In this document: piece by piece, positions 53,756 to 64,000 of the stretch
Position numbering within the stretch: position 1 is the first letter of the stretch
Layout: each line of letters starts with the position of its first letter
DNA from: Octopus sinensis
Lineage: Eukaryota
Assembly: GCF_006345805.1 (NCBI RefSeq)
Contig: NC_043005.1
Span: 87,668,001-87,732,000, forward strand
DNA length: 64,000 bases
Direction: 5' to 3'
Notes under the pieces: generated by a model
What the model was told of the DNA's origin: nothing
What the model saw: only the letters and a program-made list of their open reading frames with translations
Databases searched by the model: none
Program-made: the position numbers and the translations under genes

Positions 53756-54186
53756 ACGATTGAACCGAATGATGCGCACTTCATCGCATAAGGTAGTTTG
53801 GTAGAAGTAAAATTTTCGCACTATTTTAGCAATATAGAGAATTAATTGAAGACATGAGGCATTTAACCAGATAATTGTGTTGCCAAATAAACTCATTAGC
53901 ATTTTCCCATTTTTTTAATATATTTTAATCCTTTTCAATGTTATTTCAATTAAACACGAAAATATTGTTATCGTATCTTTTATGGTTGTTTGTAGCTCGT
54001 TTTTCTCTTACACCTGTTGTTTATCGTTGTTGGAATTTCAATAAATCTTACCTCACATTATATAATGATGATGAATTTCCAAGTAATAAAATAAAATAAA
54101 CAAATTTCGTGAAAAGCCAATACTATATCCTATTTACTATATATTGTTCTAAGAGAACAATATTCGATCGACAAAATATACTTATA

Positions 54187-54590
54187 TTTTGCCCAAACTT
54201 TGGCATAGAGAGTTACACAAATACTAGAACTGGGCGCCACTTCATAGTCCCAAGGGCTCCAAATCTGCCATCAAGATGTAGGACAAGATACTGCGATAGC
54301 TTGGGCTTCAGAGGTCCACAGCTCTTCAATATCCTTCCCAAGAACCTGAGAGACCTGCATGGGGTGGATGCAGATGTCTTTAAAATAAAGCTGGACCTCT
54401 TCCTGTCAAGTGTCCCAGATGAACCAACTTCACGGCAGGAGGTGCAGATGAGGGCAGCTGCATCAAACTTTCTCATGCCCCAAATGCCAATTGCTAAAAA
54501 GCATTCGTGAAGTAAAATCTTGTAGCAACACCGAATGGCGGTGACCCAGAATGGCCACAGCTCATGAGCTGAAACTAGATGAAATGAAAT
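54187..54590 (+). mobile_element. CR1-like LINE 3' fragment, same subfamily as 1395-2228
   Basis: PNFGIESYTNTRTGRH...DSLGFRGPQLFNILPKNLRDLH...FKIKLDLFLSSVPDEP; ends in (TGAAA)n-like repeats. Confidence 0.9.
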
Positions 54591-54976
54591 GAAAAATGAA
54601 AAATATAGTGATACTATATTAAAGCCAACATTGTCTTGATCCCTTAAGCCCCGATGGAGTCGTCCATGCGTAAAATCCCCTATCGTGACAAACTATATAT
54701 CTGTCATTTTAAACATAAGAGAAGTCATCCGTTACCTTCTCTAACTACATCCGCTTTCCTTTAATGCATTGTCGTGTTAGTAACATCATTAAGCAAACAT
54801 ATCATATAATTATAAGTGTAAGTCGTTGTAATTGCACTGCATCAATATTAACAAGGTATTGCATCATTAATGATCAAACGGCAAAGTGATTAGTGAAGCT
54901 CTGCATCAACATGACTTGAATTAATTAGTAAAGTTAATTAGAAGTGTACAGTGAACTTGCTAAGTGGAGTGGAAAA

Positions 54977-55010
54977 TCCAACGCTTCGGAAAAATTCCTT
55001 CTTCAGGAAT
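54977..55010 (-). ncRNA. Minimal hammerhead motif (HH6), one core substitution
   Basis: ATTC-CTGAAGA-A-GGAA(TTT)TTCC-GAAG-CG-TT-GGAT; A15.1 is replaced by G. Confidence 0.55.
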
Positions 55011-55195
55011 AAGTTGAAAGTAGAGAAATTAATGAGACGCAGCCGACGGTGCAAAGCCCTGCTGTCTCTCATTAATTACTTTCTTTTCAACGTTTTTCTG
55101 AAGAAGGATCTTGCCGGAAGTTTTCACCCCCCCCCCCCACATCGCGAGTTCACTGCACTTACTCCATTCATTTCATCGTATCAATAATAGTTATA

Positions 55196-55425
55196 GTAAG
55201 GTGACGCGCTGGCAGAATCGTTAGTGGCATTTCGTCCTGGTTTACGTTCCAAGTGCAAATTCCACCGAGATTGACTTTACATTTAATGCTCTCGAGGTCG
55301 ATGTAATATATACCAGAAGAGCAGTGAGGTTTATGAAATTAGTACCCCACGGGCACAGAGGGTCGATGTAATAGACTAAAACCCTCCTCGCACATTCCAG
55401 CGTTTGTGCGTATAGTAGAAAATAT
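55196..55425 (+). mobile_element. Diverged SINE F1
   Basis: GGTGACGCGCTGGCAGAATCGTTAG...GTGCAAATTCCACCGAGATTGACTTT. Confidence 0.75.
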
Positions 55426-56137
55426 CATATATTAATACTAATTTATTTGCAAGAGTATTAAAGAAAATATGTTAAAATTATACCTGTGAGCCGAAACAAG
55501 CACAATGGCTTTAAAGAAAAATTCTACTAAGTTTATGCTTTATATTGATCGAAAATAATATTAGTAGATTAGATCAGCAAAATATCTTATAGTTAAATAA
55601 TGATATATTATGGTTGTGGCATTAAATAAAAATACCATAGAGTTATATAATGATCTGAAAATAGAGTTAGTGACATCAACAAACACATTTTGGGCTGCTT
55701 TCGATCAATATGTTTGTCTATAGCAGGCCACCGAGGAGACGAAACACTCTGATTTGGAAAGGTAAAAGAATAATAAAATAAAATAAGATACTTGTAAATG
55801 AAGCTTGTTGTCAGGACAAGCAGTCTAACTTGGTATTAGAGTCGCTAATAAAAAAAAAATGCAGAGAGAATAACCAGTTTAGTTTAGTCTTGTCTCGGGA
55901 AAGAAAGAAAGAATGAATGAATGAATGAATGAATGAAAGAAAGAAAGAAAGAAAGAATGTAAGTGACTAGATGTGTAACCTAGAAGTCACTAACCTTTCA
56001 TGAAAGACCAGAGCTGAACAATAATTTATTGAACAATGAAGAGAATGTGACCAGAATTACTGTGAAAAGGTCTTTCACGTCGAACAAAATGGTTCTCATT
56101 ACAACTGCAGACGAAACTGTTCGAATCTTAACACAGC

Positions 56138-56171
<34 letters not shown>

Positions 56172-58349
56172 CTTGTTGTCGTCGTCGTCGTTTGTTTTTA
56201 TTGTTGTTTTAACTCTAGTTGTTGCTGTTGTTGTATGACCTCAGGTCAGTCCTGAAGGAGTAAGGCCTATGATCATTGGTGTTCTATCCGTAACCACCCA
56301 ACCTTACAAGGAGGCTTACATTACCCAATGTGTCCTTAGTCGTTTTAAGACGCTGAAATAAGATTTGGAAGCAAATTTGACTGTTATTTCTGGTATGTTT
56401 AGCGACAGGTATAAGCTTCCTCTTCATAATGTTTCGGCACCAAGAAAAGACAAGACGAGAAGCATTCAAAACTTACCGCTCTCATTTATTTAGAAATATC
56501 TTGAATTACAATATTTAATGTAACCTTCCAATTTTTAAGCTGGTAGTATGGAATTTTACGGAAGGATTTTTGGGGTAGTTCTAACCGGAGCAGAACATTG
56601 TTTCTCATTCTGATTTGTATCAGCCCCGGAGGAGCTAAAATCTTTTCACTGAATGCTGGAAATGGTCTTGTGAAAAGAATTATATAGTTTTGATGAAATA
56701 TCTGAAACCAAATAATGAATTTCGGCTGAAAAAGGCGTTCAAAGAAAGATATATACCAAGCAATCACACCGTAAATATTTTATTCACTTCAGCTGTTGCC
56801 CCCTTCGTCACCAGTCTCAGTTCTTCTAACTTATTTTGTGTTGCATCAATATTGTCCTTACCCCACACGAGGCACGGTTACACATAATTCTACTTATGTA
56901 TCTGTACTTGCGGCAGCATTTCAGTGGAAATACAAATTCACATGTGGTCTCCAGTCATATGCAGGCACACCTTGGGACAGCGTGATCCTTAGCAGCTCAT
57001 CTTTGCCATCGAATGTCAATTGCCGCAGAGGATTTGATGACAAATTATTGGAGCACATGTAGCCTTGACTTGAAGCGAGTTAGACATATTTTAACAAAAA
57101 ATAAGATGTTGCCTGACTGGTTGTCTGGTTTCTACTCTTTCACACATCATATTTCCACTTTTAATACAATAAATTCCTTCGCCTCTCATATATATTAATC
57201 TCTCTAATAAAAATAATTATGCGCCTATTCTTTTTATAAAAAAATATACTCACCAAACATATTATATAATCATAAAGATGATTTCATTTGCAGATTTGTT
57301 TATAGAAGTAAATCCACAATGAAAGTTACCACTGATCATTGGTGTATAAGACACCAAGGTTGTCTTTCACCTCTGCATAAGACAACCTTCACTTTTGCGA
57401 ACGAGCACAATGACGGATAGAAATTCTACAATGTGCTACTGAAATTCAAGGCCTACGAGAGTTTTAAGAAACAGACTATGGGTGTTTGTAAGAAGCAAAC
57501 ATTATGTTGTTTAAGAAACAAAATCCATTCATTTAAAACGTGGCAGAAGAAATATATCGATCAAAAAGGAGGCTATCCTTCGCTTTCGAGTTTCATTTCA
57601 AATATGGAATATTCGTAGCAAGGAGAACACCTTTATCCGTACACAGAGTCTATTGTCCTTCATACCATACACCAAACAATGGTTGTCAGACTTTGTTCGC
57701 TTGATATGTGAGAACGAGTCCTTAAACAAGAAGTGAAAACAAGTATCTAATTCGTTATTCTTTCCAATAATGCCATGAGGGTCGAGTGGCTGAAATGAAA
57801 GAGGATGTTTTTGCCGAGAAACGAAATGAAATAAAATTACTTGTACATCTCCGCAGCGTTGAAATGGATAAAACTAGTGACAGATGTAAAAGATATCAAG
57901 TGAATGTACTAGATTATTTTTGCAATGCTCCACACAAACTACAACTGATTCGACCAAGAACTGAATTGAAGAATGTCTTTTAGTGATGGAATGAGTTACG
58001 TTAAATTTCAGCAGAACACAGCACAAAAAAAACTTTGTATATATTAACTGAAGGAACCAGGAGTAAGTATAACAAGATTCTAGACTTGATAACGAAAATA
58101 ATTGAAAGCATTCAATGAAAATGACTTCAAAGTAGGAATTAACCCGTCCCAGAGTACTTAAATTTCTCTGAATATTACATTTGATTGAAAATAGGTTAAA
58201 ATGAAAACAAAATAATTATTAAAACTCCTTTACTTCAAGTAGAAATGGAAATACTCTGTGTCCTATAAATAGAACACTGAGACAATGTAATATAGCTTAT
58301 TTAATGTTTACATTTAGTGTCCTATTCATAGGAGAGTAGGACTTAATGG

Positions 58350-59250
58350 CTTAACCTGGGTTTGTTTGGGTTTAGAAAAGATTTTTTATTAGTCTGAAGC
58401 GCGGTATGGTTCTAATACTTTAAGACGTTGTCAGACTGGAGTGAAGAATGAGTTGGTGAAGTGAACTCTTTTGCCATTCCTGTAGAAATCTTTTATAACA
58501 GAAATCTATGTGAAATTATGGGTGCAAAGTTATCTCCCTCTAAATGGGCTTCGTTCAGGTAAGAAAGATTGAGGCAACATATTTAGTAGTGGCAGTGTAC
58601 ACACGTATAAATGGAGAGAAGCAGGTGAGATGAATGAAATAAATTTCAGTTGGTGAAAGTATTGAAAAGCAATTTCAAAGGAGAAGGAGCCATTATGTTT
58701 GCAATGAGAAGAAATGGAGATATGACGGAGGTGTTGATAGTTTGGTAGTTCTGTTTAAATAAAGGCTTAGCATCGTTGACCTTTGTCAAATGTATCAAGA
58801 GGATTATTGAGAAAATTAATGCCATTCGAGTATCATTCTCAACTTAATTAAACTGATAATGAAACAGACGACCGAATGTTGAAGGGTTAACGTGCAATCT
58901 ATGGCAATATCGTTACATTATAATAACGAGATTAAATCTTTGTTTCCTTAGCTTTGGATAAACAACACAACAGCCCAGCAATCATTACATGAAGTCAGGA
59001 GCGTCATTGTTGTTACAATAGCCCTATTAGATTCTTGGAGTATTTAATGTACACCCAGCTGATCTATGGCTACCGAAGCCTATTCTTGAAGAACTGCATA
59101 TTACAGATAAAGACGGCAAGCAATCAAGCAATTCAATAGTGATTTCATTGAGGATTCTCTGCTAGATATCATGGCTGTTATTCTACTGATCCTAATAAAG
59201 TTGTTTCTCCAACCAGAATTTCTTTCATATGCATTATATTCATCAAAAAT
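58350..59250 (-). mobile_element. Possible very old CR1/Jockey-like RT relic
   Basis: Only scattered weak motifs in the expected order (IGFGSHRSA, AVVLFIQS/KA, SVISPFLLIAN). Confidence 0.25.
58502..58558 (+). other. Candidate 57-bp exon, unverified
   Basis: TCTTTTATAACAG| ... TCAG|GTAAGA; length divisible by 3; open in two frames (IYVKLWVQSYLPLNGLRS or NLCEIMGAKLSPSKWASF). Confidence 0.25.
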
Positions 59251-59451
59251 ATTCCTTCTTTGAATGTGAATAAGTCATTTAAATATCTTAAGAACAAGTA
59301 TTCCCATACATTCTTTTACGAATGTTTCACAGGGATAAACATTCAAACAATTAAGTAAATAGAAAGAAAGGAATGCATTCTCTTCAACTAATTATCGCAA
59401 AAAATATACTCCGAGAATATTTAACCGCCTAATATATGTATTGTATAAACA

Positions 59452-59878
59452 TGGGCGCAGGCATTGCTGGGCAGTAAGAAGTTTGCTTCCCAACCACGTG
59501 GTTCTGGATTCATTCTTGCTGAGTGGTATCTTGGGCAATTGTCTTCCTTCCACTATAGCTCTGGGTCCATCAAAACCATATGAGTGGTAGACAGAAACTG
59601 AAAGAAGCCTGTTGTATATATACGTGTGTGTGTGTGTCTTATGCGTGTGTTTGCAACACCCCCCACCCCACCCCACCACCACCACCACCACCACCGCTTG
59701 ACAAGTGGTATACACGTAGTATTGGTATGTTTACGTCCTTGCCACTTAACGGTTCAACAAAACAAGGCAATAGAATGGAGACAGGGGTCGATTCCTTTTG
59801 CTAAAGATTCTTCAAAGCGTTGCGCCAACATCGCCGCAGTCAAATGATTGAAGCGAAAACTACAATAAAGACAGATGA
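59452..59878 (+). mobile_element. Diverged SINE F2
   Basis: GGCGCAGGCATTGCTGGGCAGTAAGAAG...TATCTTGGGCAATTGTC...CGCAGTCAAATGATTGAAGC. Confidence 0.8.
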
Positions 59879-60294
59879 AACGTGATAAATGAATTCATAA
59901 TTCTGAGGTCAGCATGGATAGCAATAGAAAATGGTAAAAATGCGAAACCACTTTTAGTCAGCATCGACCGAACTCAGTTAAGAAACTTGACTAATTTGAT
60001 CAAGTTTGATTTTTCCGGACAGGATATAAGCGAGGTTGAATGTTTGCATCATATTGAATATGGCATGGATGATTCGAAATGCTGGAATAACGTGTACGAG
60101 GATTTTTGTCACACGTTGATAAGAAAATACTAAATATTACAGCAGGTGGATCAACTGACAAAGAACAAAAATAAAATTATCTGACGAAAAACAACAACGG
60201 AAATAGTTGAGAAAGTAAGAATATCAATGACAGATATACTGACAAACTGACACTCTGCCGGTTAAGATAATGTGATCTTCTTGAAATTAGATCT

Positions 60295-60540
60295 TGCATG
60301 TGGCCGAGCCCTGCCCAAATATGCATACCCTCAACGTAGTTCTCAAGGAGATTTAGTGTGACACATAATGTGAGAGGGGTGGCCCTTTGAATCCTAGTTA
60401 CAACTCAATATTTCTAGCTGAATGAACTGGAGCAACGGGAAATAAATTGTCTTGTCCAAGTGCATAACTCTCCACCCTGATTCCCACTCACGATCCCCAG
60501 CCGAATATCTTACCCACCAAACGACGTGCCTACACTGACG
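60295..60540 (-). mobile_element. Diverged SINE F4
   Basis: CCCTCAACGTAGTTCTCAAGGAGATTTAGTGTGACACATAATGTG...GAACTGGAGCAACGGGAAAT. Confidence 0.7.
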
Positions 60541-61150
60541 AGCAACACTAACAACAGACTCAACTTCAACACGAAAAATATCAAAACTTCCCAACTGACT
60601 TAATGGGGATTCTAGAAAGGGTCCAAGACAGGCTGATAAAATATTGAAACACCAGAAATTTCAAAATCATTTCAGCCATTCTGATTGAGTGAAATTAAGT
60701 TAGTTTAAAGAAATTGGTTTTCGATAACTCATCATCCCGTTTAACATCAGCTATCAAGAGTGTATGACTTGTTCACGGGGACAAGAAGGAATTAACAAAG
60801 GCAACATAATGACTAATTGCCATGGAAACAACAGTTACATCCTAATTCATTATTCGTAATTACAACGTAATAAATTACTGCTTTTTCCGTGTGCCCCATG
60901 ATTAAGATTGTCAAAAGATGTATTCGTAATAGGTCAAGGTGAGCCGTAAAACTACAAGTGAGAGATCAAACTGCCTTGCGATTTAATTACTCCCCCTCCT
61001 CCAACAATTAATTAAGAAGTTCCCGTTAGTGTCATTTAACCCCAAATCATCCCCAATCCACCTGATATACAATCAAATCAATTCCAACCATAAACATCCT
61101 ATGTTTATTACCAGACATTTTTAGTTCATTAATATTTGTTGCACCCCCGA

Positions 61151-61712
61151 AGCGGTGAGCTTGCAGAATCGTCAGAGCATCGAAAGAAAATTCTTTACGC
61201 CATATCATCCGAGTTTTTACGTCCTGAGTTCAAATTCCGCCGAGGTCGACTTTGCTTTTCATACTTTCGAAGACGATAAAATAAGTACGAGCTACGTACT
61301 GAGGAAAATATTGCTGGCCTTGTGTCAAACCCTGAACCCATTATATACTGTAACCTAAGACGACAAGTTAGCAGAATCGATAGAGCGCCAGAAAATTCTT
61401 TGCGGTACTTCTTGCGTCAGAGTTCAAATCCCAATTTTGTCTATGTCGATAAAATAAAATATAAACATTTTAATGTTAGAAACAGTTAATGTACCCTACG
61501 GTGTGACGCTGGCAAATTCTTTAAAGCATTGAACAGAACATCTTGCATTTTTTTCAGCTCTTTACATTTTCAGATCAATTACCACCGAGGTCATTTTTAT
61601 CTTTCATCCTTCTAAGGTCGATAATATAATGTCCGAATGAACAACTAGGAGCAAATGTATTAAGTAACATCACTCCCTTCAAATTGGCGTGCCTTGTGCC
61701 TACATGAGGAAC
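61151..61712 (+). mobile_element. Cluster of three diverged SINE F1 copies
   Basis: Heads at about 61151, 61357 and 61497, with GAGTTCAAATTCCGCCGAGGTCGAC-like cores. Confidence 0.75.
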
Positions 61713-62389
61713 CATTATTTAATTATCCTTTTCTTTCAAGGACACTGGTATTCAAACTAAGCGAAATGTAGGCGGTGATTTATTGCCTGGTGTTGATGTT
61801 ATTGTTGTTGAGGAGTCGATCTAATTGTAATCATCTGGTGAACGCTTGAGATAAAGGATTGCATTATCCCTGCATTCTTCTTTCACTGAAGATTATAGAT
61901 TGTGATTTAAGGGAGAACATATATTGTAGTTCTAACAATTACTGCAAATCAGGTATCTTTTAGAACAGTCCATTCTTTACTGACATCATGAAAAGAACAT
62001 TGAAGCCACAGTTAATTACTTAACTAATCAATTAAGTAGTAGTAATAAAAATGATAACAATAGTAATCATTTCCACTAATATCACAAGGCCTGTAATTTA
62101 AGTGGGGGGAGACAAGTCGATTACATCGGCCCCCAGCTTTCCAAATCGCCACTCATACTTTAACTTATCGTCCTCTGAAATCTATTTTTCTCGATACTTT
62201 TTTCCTGATTTCATTTCATTTCCTCTAATGGATTTCTTCAGAGCAACAAGCCACCCGTTCAATCGCTGTTGGCTTTACTCAACCGAGAAACAAGGCGTTC
62301 ATCTTTATCTATTATCTGAATTAGATCAACATTACTCAATGCATTTACCTCATGTCTACACTAACGAATTTTAAAAATGCCTTCTACAT

Positions 62390-62590
62390 CCGCTTGACAA
62401 CTGGATCTGGATGAGTATGAGCGGGTTTGCGAGTGATATTAAACTTAGTTATCTTCCTGAAGGATGCTTCGAGAAGACAGAGGAAAAATGGTCGCTCTGT
62501 TCTGTTGAAGACATAAATGACCACAAGCCTTAAAACACCATACTGGTCTCTGTCCACTAGCAAAATATTTCTATGAGGCTTCCAGAATAT
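62390..62590 (-). mobile_element. Possible Tx1/L1 endonuclease relic
   Basis: LRLVVIYVFNRTERPFFLCLLEASF resembles FRLVAVYAPN...ER..FF..LE. Confidence 0.4.
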
Positions 62591-62639
62591 CACTAAAACC
62601 TTAAGATCCCAATCTTTTCATAATGATAAAAGTTAAAAA

Positions 62640-62835
62640 TAATAGCTTCAAATTTTGGCACAATTCCAGCCCTTTCAAGGATCGGGCGACTACAGTGACA
62701 AACTACTCGAGAGAAGGAAATCCTGGAAATACGAATAGATGAAGCGGAATTTGAACCGAGAACGTAAAAAGACCGGAAGAAATACCGCTTCGCATTTAGA
62801 CCGGCACGATAACCATTCTCCCGGCTCTCCGCTTC
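62640..62835 (-). mobile_element. Diverged SINE F1
   Basis: TTTTGGCACAATTCCAGC tail B; GCGGAATTTGAACCGAGAACG; AAATACCGCTTCGCATTT. Confidence 0.7.
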
Positions 62836-63397
62836 AGTTAAACAACAAAAAAATGATGTAAAAGAAAAAAGAAATAAATGAAAACTTCTTAGGTTATGTT
62901 TCTGTTTTAAGAATTCTTTCTTTTACTTGTAGAACTTCAAAATTTTGGTAAAAGAATTAATTCTTTTTTACAAATATTGTTATTTCCAACTCAACATTAT
63001 AAGAATCAATGAAAGCGATATTGGCTTTCCGTCATGCCTTGATATCAACATCTTGTCATATCTTTAAGAGGCAGCTGTTGTTGACTTGTTGCTAAAGAAG
63101 CTGTCTTCTAAGTTTTCCGAGATTTGTCATCAGGTAAATATAGTTGTGCTCGTAAAGAATTTAGAGATAAACGCATACACATAACATACACACACATATA
63201 TACACATGCATACATACATACTTGCACGCATACATACAAACCTAAGCGACATATATGTAAGTAAATAGAAAGAAGCAAGCACATTTTTATACATGCAAAT
63301 ACATATTTTATTGTATATATGCGTACACAGTGTTAAGAGATATACGTATATAATTCTATACAATCCTCAAAAATTATTAGTATACTATATAAACATT

Positions 63398-63795
63398 ACA
63401 GGCGCGGATGTGGATGTGTGGTGAGAAGATTATTTCTTAACTAAATGGGTTTAGGTTCAGTCTCTCTGCGCAGCATCTTGGGCAAGTCTCTTATGCTGTA
63501 GCCCGGGTCGACGAAACTCCTGTGATTGGATATAGTAGAAGGAAACTGAAAGAAAACCGTCATATATATTTATGTATATATATATCTATATATGTGTGTC
63601 TTTGTCTTTGCGTTTCTTCTTAAGTAATGCTTGACACATGGTGTTGGTTTCCTTACGATCCCGTAACTTAGTGATTCAGCAAAACATACCGATAGAATAA
63701 CAACCAGGGATGGGCTGGTTGATTTACTTGACTAAATACTGCAAGGCAGTCTCCTAGCGTAGCCGCAGTTTACTGACTGAAACGTATAAAAGAGA
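63398..63795 (+). mobile_element. Diverged SINE F2
   Basis: GGCGCGGATGTGGATGTGTGGTGAG...CATCTTGGGCAAGTCTC...GTAGCCGCAGTTTACTGACTGAAAC. Confidence 0.82.
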
Positions 63796-63841
63796 AAGGC
63801 ACATACATATGTATGCACACTTGTGTATGCATATATATATA

Positions 63842-63930
<89 letters not shown>

Positions 63931-64000
63931 TATTATTATTATTATTTGAGGGAATATTATTCCTAACTTACAGTGAAAAATTCAATTTAGAAATACTATA

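Noticed and set aside
59882-60133. 83-aa ORF
   Set aside because: No recognisable motif or supporting splice signals.

Overview
AT-rich, repeat-saturated eukaryotic DNA, most likely from an Octopus (coleoid cephalopod) genome. That assignment is inferred from the tRNA-derived SINE types and the very high (TA)n/(CA)n/(GATA)n/(AAT)n density. I recognise no host protein-coding gene. Most six-frame ORFs are translated microsatellites; a few weak + strand exon candidates exist. The window holds about 35 SINE copies of at least five families, LINE relics (CR1-like, RTE, Tx1/L1, R4/NeSL-like), decayed DNA transposons (Tc1 DD34E, mariner, hAT-like), and several MITEs or foldback elements. The most interesting signal is a set of minimal type I hammerhead-ribozyme motifs (CUGANGA...GAAA, palindromic stem III) in at least six different Penelope-like repeat ends. 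One of them (two copies, about 20.85-21.19 kb and 27.37-27.73 kb) is fused to a tRNA-like Pol III head and shows Penelope-type terminal inversions. It is a candidate ribozyme-carrying SINE mobilised by Penelope-like elements. All family assignments are by eye, with no database search.
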